From positions 673,030-737,029 of the forward strand of contig CAVSKY010000006.1 in assembly GCA_963728745.1 (NCBI GenBank): a stretch of 64,000 nucleotides of DNA, read 5' to 3'. The position numbers and the translations under genes were made by a program. The notes below the pieces were generated by a model. The model was given only the letters and a program-made list of their open reading frames with translations, was not told where the DNA came from and ran no database searches. Positions 39,270 through 46,885 of this stretch are shown piece after piece (the first letter of the stretch is position 1; every line of letters begins with the position of its first letter). The DNA comes from an uncultured Chloroflexia bacterium (GTDB lineage: Bacteria; Chloroflexota; Limnocylindria; Limnocylindrales; CSP1-4).

Positions 39270-40521
39270 ATGCACGACCGAGCGACCTACGCGATGACCA
39301 CGACGCCGCGCCGGGAGCCGCTTGCGTTCCTCGACGACGAGGTCGCCGCGCTCCGCGAGCGTCACCTCTATCGCGCGCTGCGAGTCATGACGTCCGCGCA
39401 GGGCCCGCTCGTCTCCATCGATGACCAGCGCCTGATCAGCCTCGCATCGAATGACTACCTCGGGCTGACCCATCACCCGCGCCTACGCGAGGCGGCCCTG
39501 GCCGCCGTGCGCGACTTCGGCGTCGGCTCCGGCGCCGTGCGTACGATCGCCGGGACGATGTCGATGCACGAGGCGCTCGAGGCCGAGCTGGCCGAGTTCA
39601 AGGGGACACCGGCCGTCCTGACGTTCCAGTCCGGGTTCTCCGCAAATACCGGCGTCATCCCGACCATCACCGGCGAGACCGACCTGATCGTCAGCGACAG
39701 CCTCAATCACGCCTCGATCATCGACGGCATGCGCCTCTCGAAGGCACCGCGCAAGATCTACCCACACGCCGACGTAGCCGCCCTCGCCGCCGATCCTCGA
39801 CGAGGCGATCGAACATGGCCGCGAGGGAACCGGCGAGCCCTACCGACTCATCCTCGTCGTGACCGACGGTGTCTTCTCGATGGACGGCGACATCGCGCCG
39901 CTCCCTGGGATCGTCGAGGCCGCCGAAGCCGCCGGCGCGGCCGTGTTCGTCGATGACGCGCATGCCTCTGGTGTCCTCGGCCGCGATGGGCGCGGCAGCG
40001 TCGACCACTTCGGGCTGCACGGTCGCGTGGCGATCCAGGTGGGCACGCTGAGCAAAGCCGTGGGCTCGCTCGGGGGCTACGTCGCGGGGTCGACCGCCCT
40101 CCGCGAGATCCTGACCCAACGCGCGCGGCCGTTCCTGTTCTCGACATCCCATCCGCCGGCGGTGGTGGCCGCGTGTCGCGAGGCGATCCGGGTGATGCAG
40201 GAGGAGCCCGAGCTGCTCGAGCGGCTGTGGAGGAACACCCGACGATTCAAGGCGGAGCTCGATCGCCTGGGCTTCGACACGGGCCGGTCCGAGACGCCGA
40301 TCACGCCCGTCATGGTGGGCGATCCCGAGGTCGCGATGCGCTTCAGCGACCGCCTCATGGGTGAGAGTGTGTTCGCACAGCCGGTGGTGTTCCCGACGGT
40401 AGCGCTCGACCAGGCCCGCATCCGGACGATCGTGACCGCGGCGCACGACGATGCGCAACTCGACCAGGCGCTCGAGGCGTTCGCGACCGTCGGGCGTGAA
40501 CTCGGCGTGATCGGGGGCTGA
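39270..40521 (+). pseudogene. kbl: glycine C-acetyltransferase (2-amino-3-ketobutyrate CoA ligase), +1 frame disruption
   Basis: The first part ends at ...RKIYPHADVAALAA. Reading one base later gives ILDEAIEHGREGTGEPYRLILVVTDGVFSMDGDIAPL...VDDAHASG...TLSKAVGSLGGY (PLP lysine), collinear with Kbl. The junction is at about 39788-39794 (gccgccGatcctc). Confidence 0.9.
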
Positions 40522-40542
40522 GGGGATGACGGGGGACGGGGG

Positions 40543-41409
40543 ATGATCGACCGCCAGGCGCGCGATCTGCCGCTCGACGCGCATCTGCACACCGACCTGT
40601 CGCCGGATAGCGACGTACCCATCGACGTTTTTGCCGAGGCCGCAGCAGAGCGCGGCGTCGCCGAGATCGCGATCACCGACCACGTCGACTTCGTGCCCGA
40701 CACGCCGGCCTACGGGTACACGACGTTCGAGCAACGGGAGCGCGTGGTCCGTGATGCAGCCGGGCGATGGGCCGAGCGGGGCGTCGCGATCCGGTTCGGC
40801 GTCGAGATCACCTGGGACAGTCGCCATGCCGCCGACATCCGCGAGCACCTCGCCACGCACGCGTACGACTTCGTGATCGGCTCGGTCCACATCTACCGCG
40901 GATCGCCATTCGCGGCGGGCAATATCGTCGGCTGGATCGCCGGGCGGTCCCTGGGCGAGGTCGTGGCGCCGTACTTCGACGAAGTGACCGCCGCGGCTCG
41001 CTCCGGTCTGTTCGACGCGCTCGGCCACATCGATTTCGTGAAGCGCTGGCTGACACCGCACATCACGCCGGCCGACCTCGCTGCCGCTCCGGAGCTGTAC
41101 GAGCCGATCCTCGCTGCGCTGGTCGAGACGGGGACCGCCCTCGAGATCAACACGAGTGGCCTGCGCCAGGCTCCCAACGAGACCTACCCAGCCCCGCCGA
41201 TCGTGGCGCGCTTCCAGGAACTCGGTGGCCGAGGCGTGACGGTCGGCTCCGACGCCCATCGCGCGGATGCGTTCGCGTGGGGACTTGACGACGGCTACCT
41301 GGCGGCTTCGCTCGCCGGTTTCGACGCCCTCGCCTTCCGGCGCGGTGGCGCGTCCGTGGCGGTGCCGCTGAGCGCCGGACCTAACGCGATCGCGGGACGT
41401 TCGTTGTGA
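40543..41409 (+). CDS. PHP-domain phosphoesterase (HisJ-family histidinol-phosphatase-like)
   Basis: Metal-binding motifs DAHLHTDLSPDS, ITDHVDF, GSVH, LGHIDF and GSDAH. Confidence 0.82.
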   Translation: MIDRQARDLPLDAHLHTDLSPDSDVPIDVFAEAAAERGVAEIAITDHVDFVPDTPAYGYTTFEQRERVVRDAAGRWAERGVAIRFGVEITWDSRHAADIREHLATHAYDFVIGSVHIYRGSPFAAGNIVGWIAGRSLGEVVAPYFDEVTAAARSGLFDALGHIDFVKRWLTPHITPADLAAAPELYEPILAALVETGTALEINTSGLRQAPNETYPAPPIVARFQELGGRGVTVGSDAHRADAFAWGLDDGYLAASLAGFDALAFRRGGASVAVPLSAGPNAIAGRSL

Positions 41410-42005
41410 CCCTCGACGACTCCGCGATCGAGCGGTTGGTACAGGAAGCCCGCGCGGGGGACGCCTGGGCGTTCGGCCTCCTGTTCGACCACTATCACCT
41501 GCCGGTCTATCGCTACATCGCCAGCCGCGTCCACCGCCCGTCGGACGCGGAGGACCTGACGCAGCTCGTCTTCGTCAAGGCCCTGGAAGCGCTCCCGCGC
41601 TATGAAGTGCGGGGCATCCCGTTCGGGGGCTGGCTCTTCAGGCTGGCCAGGAATTGCGTCATCGACCACGTGCGCACGCGCCACGACCATCTCGATCTGG
41701 ACACCGCGAGTGGCCAGGCCGGCAGGGACGCGGGACCCGATGAGGTCACCGTGGCCAGGCAGCAGCTGGACGAGGTCGCGGTCGCATTGGCCGCACTCAC
41801 TGACGAACAACGAGACGCCATCGCATTGCGGTTCTTCGCGGGCCTGTCGGCGCGTGAGGCAGCAGCGGTGATGGGTAAGCAGGAAGGGACGATCCGCGGG
41901 CTCCAGTTCCGAGGCATCGCCGCGTTGCGGCGCCAGCTCCGGATCGACGAGCCGGCCAGCGACGGCGACGACCAGGTCGCCGACGCGAACGGGCGGATCG
42001 GTTGA
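41406..42005 (+). CDS. ECF-type RNA polymerase sigma-70 family factor
   Basis: Region 2 (VYRYIASRV...DAEDLTQLVFVKALE, WLFRLARNCVIDHVR) and region 4 (LRFFAGLSAREAAAVMGKQEGTIRGLQFRGIAALR). The GTG overlaps the upstream stop (GTGA). Confidence 0.9.
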   Translation: MTLDDSAIERLVQEARAGDAWAFGLLFDHYHLPVYRYIASRVHRPSDAEDLTQLVFVKALEALPRYEVRGIPFGGWLFRLARNCVIDHVRTRHDHLDLDTASGQAGRDAGPDEVTVARQQLDEVAVALAALTDEQRDAIALRFFAGLSAREAAAVMGKQEGTIRGLQFRGIAALRRQLRIDEPASDGDDQVADANGRIG

Positions 42006-42988
42006 TGGACGAGCAGATGATCGATCTCGTGGCCGGGGACGCACGTATGCGGCGGCGCCTTGAGGCGTACGCCGACGCGCGGCTGTCTCCGGACCTCGGG
42101 GCGTCGTCGCGGATGCGCGCGCGCGTCCTGGCCGTTGCCCATCGCCAGGCAAACCTCGCCCGGGCCGATGCGGCGCTGAGCGTCGTACATGGACGCGGCA
42201 TGCCATTCAGCACGCCGGCCGCTGATCGGATGGCGAGGCGTGCGGGATCCGCCGGCGCTCGGCTGCGGCGGCCACTGGCCGCGACGCTGGCCGCGGCCCT
42301 CGTCCTCGGCGGCGCTGCGGGCACAGCACTCGCGGCTCAAGCGGGTGGGGCCCTCTACGAGCCGCGGGTGTGGATCGAGACACTGACCCTGCCGAGCGAT
42401 CCGTCGACCCGCGCGGTCGCTGAGCTCGAGCGCCTCGAGTCGCGACTCCGGGAAGCGGACCAAGCCACGCGCAACGGCGACGCGGCCGGGGCAGCCGCAG
42501 CGCTGGCGGCCTATGAGCGGATCATGGAGTCGGCCTCCGAGGCAGCCATCGTCACCAACGACGAGGTCGCCGTGGCGATCCTCGAGGCAGGCGTCGGTCG
42601 CAATGTCGACGTGTTGCAGGCGTTGATCCTGGAGGTGCCGCCGGGTGCCGCCGAGGCGATCTCGCGCGTCGTCGAGCGGGCCGTCGCCCGCGCGGTGGAG
42701 CGCAGCGAGACCGCGATCGAGCGGATCGATACTGCCGGACCGTCCGACAACGGCGGCGGCAACGGCGGGAGTCCCGGTGGCCCAGGTGGTGGCGCTGGTG
42801 AAGCTGGTGGCGCGGACAAGCCGACCAAGCCACCGACCCCGGCGCCAACGCCCAAACCGACCAAGGAGCCCAACGCTGGGCCGACCGACCCAGGTGGCCA
42901 GGGCGGCCAGGGTGGCGGGCAGGGCAACCCGAACGAACCGAAGAAGACGCCGAAGCCCGACCCGACGCCGCGGCGAACGCCTCGCTGA
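42005..42988 (+). CDS. putative anti-sigma factor / membrane protein (DUF5667-like), with Gly/Pro/Lys-rich tail
   Basis: Starts 1 nt into the sigma stop. Cytoplasmic N-terminus and one TM (LAATLAAALVLGGAAGTALAA). Helical extracytoplasmic domain, then a low-complexity GGNGGSPGGPGG...KPTKPPTPAPTPKPTKEP tail. The family assignment is tentative. Confidence 0.6.
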   Translation: MDEQMIDLVAGDARMRRRLEAYADARLSPDLGASSRMRARVLAVAHRQANLARADAALSVVHGRGMPFSTPAADRMARRAGSAGARLRRPLAATLAAALVLGGAAGTALAAQAGGALYEPRVWIETLTLPSDPSTRAVAELERLESRLREADQATRNGDAAGAAAALAAYERIMESASEAAIVTNDEVAVAILEAGVGRNVDVLQALILEVPPGAAEAISRVVERAVARAVERSETAIERIDTAGPSDNGGGNGGSPGGPGGGAGEAGGADKPTKPPTPAPTPKPTKEPNAGPTDPGGQGGQGGGQGNPNEPKKTPKPDPTPRRTPR

Positions 42989-43030
42989 GCAGTCCCTCGC
43001 CGGCGGGCGGCGTCGGCTAGGCTGCGGGGC

Positions 43031-43795
43031 ATGCCGGCCGCAGGTTCGCTCCAGCTCGACGTCCTGGGCGCCGGACCGGCGTATACCGACCGGCCAGGGG
43101 CGGCCGGTGCGGCCTACCTGGTACGGGCCGGTACGACCGCGATCGTGCTCGATCTCGGGCAGGGCGTCTTCCCGCGTCTGGCCGCCCAGATCGAGCCGAG
43201 CACGCTCGACGCGATCGTGATCAGCCACCTCCACCCCGATCACTTCATCGATCTCGTCGCGCTTCGCCACTACCTGCGCTGGCAGTTCCACCCGACGCGC
43301 CATGTCCGGGTCATCGCCCCCGCGGGGCTCGAGACGCGCATCGACGCGCTCCACGACGAACCGGGGTTCACGGCGGCGTCGCTGGCCGTCGAGGAGATCG
43401 TGATCGGTACGACAGACATCGGCGATATTCGACTCGAGGCCAAGCGGGTGACCCACACACCCGACAGCCACGCCTTCCGGGTGTCAGCGGGTCGCGAGGG
43501 TATCGGCCTTGTCTATTCCGGGGATTGCGGCCGCGCTGAGGATCTCGATGCCCTCGTGCGCGAAGGCGACGTCATCATGAGCGAGGTGTCATTCGGACCC
43601 GGGCCTGTCGTGCACGACGCGGTCCATCTGGACGGGCCCGCGGTCGGTGCCCTCGCGTCGAGGACCGGAGCCGGGCGCGTCCTGCTCACGCATCTCCAGA
43701 TGGGGTTCGATCAGGCCGCGACGGTCGCCTCGGTGGCGTCCAGCTACGTCGGGCCGATCGAGTTCGTCGAGCCGGGGGCGCGCCTCACCATCTGA
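43031..43795 (+). CDS. MBL-fold metallo-hydrolase
   Basis: ISHLHPDHFIDL (HxHxDH) and later SGDCG and THL motifs. Confidence 0.85.
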   Translation: MPAAGSLQLDVLGAGPAYTDRPGAAGAAYLVRAGTTAIVLDLGQGVFPRLAAQIEPSTLDAIVISHLHPDHFIDLVALRHYLRWQFHPTRHVRVIAPAGLETRIDALHDEPGFTAASLAVEEIVIGTTDIGDIRLEAKRVTHTPDSHAFRVSAGREGIGLVYSGDCGRAEDLDALVREGDVIMSEVSFGPGPVVHDAVHLDGPAVGALASRTGAGRVLLTHLQMGFDQAATVASVASSYVGPIEFVEPGARLTI

Positions 43796-43863
43796 TGCCG
43801 GTCCGGACAGACGTCGACCGGGCTGCCGTGATGGCTGCCCGGTCGCTCAGGACTCGAGACGAT

Positions 43864-43900
43864 GGGCGGAGCGCCGCACGGACAGCGCGTCGCTCCGCCC
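43864..43900 (-). terminator. conserved 10-bp GC hairpin 3' of paralog 1 (no U-tract)
   Basis: GGGCGGAGCG-N17-CGCTCCGCCC, 33 nt after the stop. A near-identical copy lies at 44849-44885. Confidence 0.45.
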
Positions 43901-43932
43901 GGGTCTCGGGGACCCCGGAGTAGGGCTGCGTC

Positions 43933-44604
43933 CTAGCGGACGTCGTCCTTGCGGATGACGGCGCGCGCGGGCGTCAGCAAGAGCGCGGCGGCGAGCAGGC
44001 CCGCCATCGCGAGGAGCACGATCCGCCAGCCATCGCCGGTCGGCCCTGTGCCGGTCCCGTCGATCGTGCTGGTCGAAGGCAGTGTCGGGTCGGCCGTGGC
44101 GTCAGGCGGCGGTGTGCCGGTCGCACCACCCACACCACCGGTCGGTGCCGGGGTCGGTGATGGCGTCGCGCCAGGCAGCGTCGGCGTCGGTGCCAGGGTC
44201 GGCGTGGGCGTCGGAGCCAAGGTCGGGGTCGGTGACGGCGTCGCCTGGGCCGGGAGATTGCAGGCGTTGTTGTAGAAGGCCTGGCCTGCGGTCGTCCAGT
44301 TCAAACCCGGGAAGCTTCCACCCGTGAAGTCGAACGGCGGGATGATGTCACCCCATTCGACCGTGATGCCGTCGAACCAGACAGGACCCGTGTGATCGGC
44401 ATGCCCACTGACGTCGCCGCTCTTCGACGGGTTATGGACGACATACGGATTGCTGTGGGAGCCGGTGCTGTGGCAGATCGTGACGGTGTCCGGTCCGGCC
44501 GCGATCACGGTCGAGGACGGCACGAACAGGGCGGCGGCCGTGAGGCCGGCCACGGAGAGCCAGGCCAGCCGCCGACCGAGGCGAGAACGCGTTTGGGCAA
44601 TCAT
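43933..44604 (-). CDS. secreted Pro/Thr-linker surface protein, paralog 1 (ICH-x-TGS-x-x-NPY domain), conserved C-terminal module
   Basis: ATG 44604, preceded by GGGGACC with 7 nt spacing. Signal MIAQTRSRLGRRLAWLSVAGLTAAALFVPSSTVIAAG. Core TICHSTGSHSNPYVVHNPSKSGDVSGHADHTGPVWF. PT linker. Tail PTGGVGGATGTP...TLPSTSTIDGTGTGPTGDGWRIVLLAMAGLLAAALLLTPARAVIRKDDVR. Confidence 0.85.
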   Translation of the reverse strand: MIAQTRSRLGRRLAWLSVAGLTAAALFVPSSTVIAAGPDTVTICHSTGSHSNPYVVHNPSKSGDVSGHADHTGPVWFDGITVEWGDIIPPFDFTGGSFPGLNWTTAGQAFYNNACNLPAQATPSPTPTLAPTPTPTLAPTPTLPGATPSPTPAPTGGVGGATGTPPPDATADPTLPSTSTIDGTGTGPTGDGWRIVLLAMAGLLAAALLLTPARAVIRKDDVR

Positions 44605-44752
44605 TCGATACGGTCCCCAAGGTTGGATGAGGCAGACGCCTCGAAGCGATGACGGTCTCGGCACAGCGGCCCCCGCGCACAGGTCCGAGGCCGCGGATAG
44701 TCCCATGGTCCGGGAGCGGCGTCTAGTACTTTCGGCGACACGCGAGCGTCAA
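44605..44752 (-). promoter_or_regulatory. conserved 5' leader/promoter region, copy 1
   Basis: In mRNA sense it contains TTGACG-N18-TACTAG, GTACTAGAC, CCATGGGACTATCC, the hairpin GAGGC-GTCT-GCCTC (44629-44642) and the RBS-like GGGGACC. The blocks are shared in order with copies at 45794-45940 and 48179-48304. Confidence 0.5.
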
Positions 44753-44848
44753 ATTCCCGACACCGGTGCGATCGGACACCAGGGGGCATCGGACATGACG
44801 ACGACCGGGCGCCGGTGAGGCCACCCGGTCGATCAGGAGTCGAGACGG

Positions 44849-44885
44849 TGGGCGGAGCGGCGCACGGACAGCGCGTCGCTCCGCC
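44849..44885 (-). terminator. conserved 10-bp GC hairpin 3' of paralog 2
   Basis: GGGCGGAGCG-N17-CGCTCCGCCC, with stem and loop almost identical to 43864-43900. Confidence 0.45.
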
Positions 44886-44917
44886 CGGGTCTCGGGGACC
44901 CCAGGGTTAGGCTGCCG

Positions 44918-45793
44918 CTAGCGCGTGTCGTCGTCCTTGCGGATGACGGCCCGTGCGGGCGTCAGCAGGAGTGCGGTGGCGAGCAGGCCCGCCAGCGCAA
45001 GGAGGATCAGCCGCCAACCGTCGCTGGTCGGCCCAGTCCCGGTGGCGTCAAGCGTGCTGGTCGATGGCAGTGTCGGCGCCGAGGTCGCACCGCCGGCGCC
45101 GCCGGCAGGCGTGCCCGTCGCGCCACCGACGCCGCCGGTCGGGGCTTCGGTCGGCGCTGGCGAGCCGGTAGGCGCCTCGGTCGGCGCCGGCGTCCCGGTC
45201 GGCGCAGGCGTGCCGGTCGGCGCGGGCGTGCCGGTGGGGGCCTCGGTCGGCGCGGGCGTGCCGGTCGGCACGGCGGTCGCTGTCGGTGCGGTCGTCGGCG
45301 TCGGAGTCGGTGCCAGGGTCGGCAGTGCGGTGCACGTGTTGCCGTTTTGCTTCTGGGTGACGACGAACGGCGTGCCGCCGTCGACCGATCCAGCGAACGT
45401 CACGGCGCCCGGGCACGGGTTCTCATCCATCTCGAACAATGTCCAAGGGAAGAGCTCGATCCCGTCGTTGGTGTCGTTCTGGCTCCACGCGCCCTGCGCT
45501 TCGCCATCTTCGATGACGCACGCGCGGACGACCACGGTCCCGTCCGTGCCGAAGCCGTTGGGCGGTTCGGCCCGGCTCCACGTGACGGTCAGTCCGGCAG
45601 CCGAGATCGATAGCGCGACGAGCGGACTATCGGCGCCCGTGGTGGTGTTATTGCAGGCGACATCGTGCGGCACTGGATCCACGAGTGAGGCTGCGACCGG
45701 CGCCGCCGGGATGAACAGGGCCGACAGGGCCATCGCGGTGACGATCAGCCAGGCGAATCGGCGTGAGCGACGGGTGCGTTTCGATCCACTCAT
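44918..45793 (-). CDS. secreted Pro/Thr-linker surface protein, paralog 2, conserved C-terminal module
   Basis: ATG 45793 after GGGGACC with 7 nt spacing. Signal MSGSKRTRRSRRFAWLIVTAMALSALFIPAAPVAAS. Unique Cys-containing core. Long PT(A)[13 protein letters not shown] linker. Tail PTGGVGGATGTP...TLPSTSTLDATGTGPTSDGWRLILLALAGLLATALLLTPARAVIRKDDDTR. Confidence 0.85.
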   Translation of the reverse strand: MSGSKRTRRSRRFAWLIVTAMALSALFIPAAPVAASLVDPVPHDVACNNTTTGADSPLVALSISAAGLTVTWSRAEPPNGFGTDGTVVVRACVIEDGEAQGAWSQNDTNDGIELFPWTLFEMDENPCPGAVTFAGSVDGGTPFVVTQKQNGNTCTALPTLAPTPTPTTAPTATAVPTGTPAPTEAPTGTPAPTGTPAPTGTPAPTEAPTGSPAPTEAPTGGVGGATGTPAGGAGGATSAPTLPSTSTLDATGTGPTSDGWRLILLALAGLLATALLLTPARAVIRKDDDTR

Positions 45794-45940
45794 TCGATAG
45801 GGTCCCCAAGAAGGTCGAGGCATACGCCTCATTGCGATGAAGACCCTCGGCGCTGCGCCCCCGCGCACCAATCCGAGGTTCGGGGATAGTCCCATGGTCC
45901 TGGACCATCGTCTAGTACTTTCGGCCCAGTTCGTTGCGAC
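45794..45940 (-). promoter_or_regulatory. conserved 5' leader/promoter region, copy 2
   Basis: GTACTAGAC (45910-45918), CCATGGGACTATCC (45884-45897), hairpin GAGGC-GTAT-GCCTC (45817-45830) and GGGGACC (45801-45807). The upstream block CGTCGCAACGAA is shared with copy 3. Confidence 0.5.
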
Positions 45941-45960
45941 GTGGCACCGAACCCTCCGGG

Positions 45961-46000
45961 AAAAATGAAGGATCGCCGCCCATCGCGGACGACGATCCTT
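45961..46000 (-). terminator. intrinsic terminator of paralog 3
   Basis: mRNA sense: AAGGAUCGUCG-loop11-CGGCGAUCCUU (11 bp including one G-U) followed by CAUUUUU, 21 nt after the stop. Confidence 0.75.
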
Positions 46001-46020
46001 GGTGCGTGGACGGGTTGGGA

Positions 46021-46758
46021 TCAGCGATCGCTGGCCTGTCGGCGTGAAGGGGTGAGCACGATGAGGGCGGCCAGGGTGCCGGCAAGGGCGAGGATCGCCA
46101 GCCGCCAGAGCTCGATCGGCGTCGATGTGTTCGTGCTGGCCAACGTGTCGGTGGCCGGGAGTGTGGGACGGGGCGTCCCAGTCACGCCGCCGACCTCACC
46201 GGTGGGTGCTTCTGTCGGCGCGGGCGTCGACGTTGGCGTGGATTCCGGCGCAGGCGTTGGCGTGGGCGTCGCATCCGGCTCCGGCGTGGGCGTGGGCTCT
46301 GGTGTCGGCGTCGGGGTCGGCTCCGGCGTGGGCGTCGGCGTCGGCTCCGGCGTGGGCGTCGGGGTCGGCTCGGGCGTCGGCGTGGGCGTCGGCTGGACGC
46401 ATGCGCCGATGCTCAGGTTGAAGGTCTTGGTCCACCCCCGGGTGCCCGTCGGATCGTCCCAGGCCGTCACTGCGACCTTGGCGGTGTGCGCCTGGGTAGC
46501 TGGCTGGACCGCGAACGTGTTCGAGTACGACGACGTGAAGGAGAACGGCGAGCCCGCGACATCGGTGCCGTCGATCTCGACGTCGACCGAGTTCGAGCCG
46601 CCGGCGTTGTACTGGGTGAGGGTGACCTTGAGGCCGTTTTGGCAGGTCAGCGAAACGTTCGGTGTGTGGGCTGACACTGCGGTCGGCGCGGCGAGTGCCA
46701 GTGCCGCCAGGGCGGCGACGCCGATCCAGGAGAGTCTGCGCGTCGTTCGTGTGGACAT
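46021..46758 (-). CDS. secreted Pro/Thr-linker surface protein, paralog 3, conserved C-terminal module
   Basis: ATG 46758. Signal [30 protein letters not shown]. Beta-rich core of about 115 aa bounded by two Cys. (PTPTPEPT)n linker. Tail [61 protein letters not shown]. It has its own unrelated 5' region. Confidence 0.85.
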   Translation of the reverse strand: MSTRTTRRLSWIGVAALAALALAAPTAVSAHTPNVSLTCQNGLKVTLTQYNAGGSNSVDVEIDGTDVAGSPFSFTSSYSNTFAVQPATQAHTAKVAVTAWDDPTGTRGWTKTFNLSIGACVQPTPTPTPEPTPTPTPEPTPTPTPEPTPTPTPEPTPTPEPDATPTPTPAPESTPTSTPAPTEAPTGEVGGVTGTPRPTLPATDTLASTNTSTPIELWRLAILALAGTLAALIVLTPSRRQASDR

Positions 46759-46807
46759 GTCGTTGGTTCCCCCCGGAACTAATGAGGCCAAAGCCTCGGC
46801 TGGTGGA

Positions 46808-46846
46808 TGAAGAACGGCCGCCACCCAAAGGTGGGCGGCGGCCGTC
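46808..46846 (-). terminator. intrinsic terminator of paralog 4
   Basis: mRNA sense: GC-rich imperfect hairpin ACGGCCGCCGCCCACC-UUU-GGGUGGCGGCCGU followed by UCUUC, about 40 nt after the stop at 46886. Confidence 0.6.
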
Positions 46847-46885
46847 TTGCTGCTCAGGGCCGGGTGCGCTCGGGGCACCTCGGGG

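Noticed and set aside
43933-44145. Reading the TLP-[AS]-T-[SD]-T motif as an ordinary sortase LPXTG signal.
   Set aside because: There is no Gly after the Thr in any of the four copies. There are 8-12 extra residues before the helix. Additional invariant WR and LTPxR features are present, and no sortase gene is in the window. It is kept as a candidate new signal and not annotated as LPXTG.
44605-44706. In-frame 34-codon N-terminal extensions of paralogs 1 and 2 (MGLS...WGPYRM), starting at the conserved CCATGG. Also 45794-45895.
   Set aside because: The extension would put 34 residues in front of the signal peptide. The two extensions are conserved at the nucleotide level but not at the amino-acid level. 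In paralog 4 the same ATG is out of frame. The downstream ATG has a GGGGACC RBS at 5-7 nt. The region was therefore treated as leader RNA/DNA, not as CDS or a conserved uORF.
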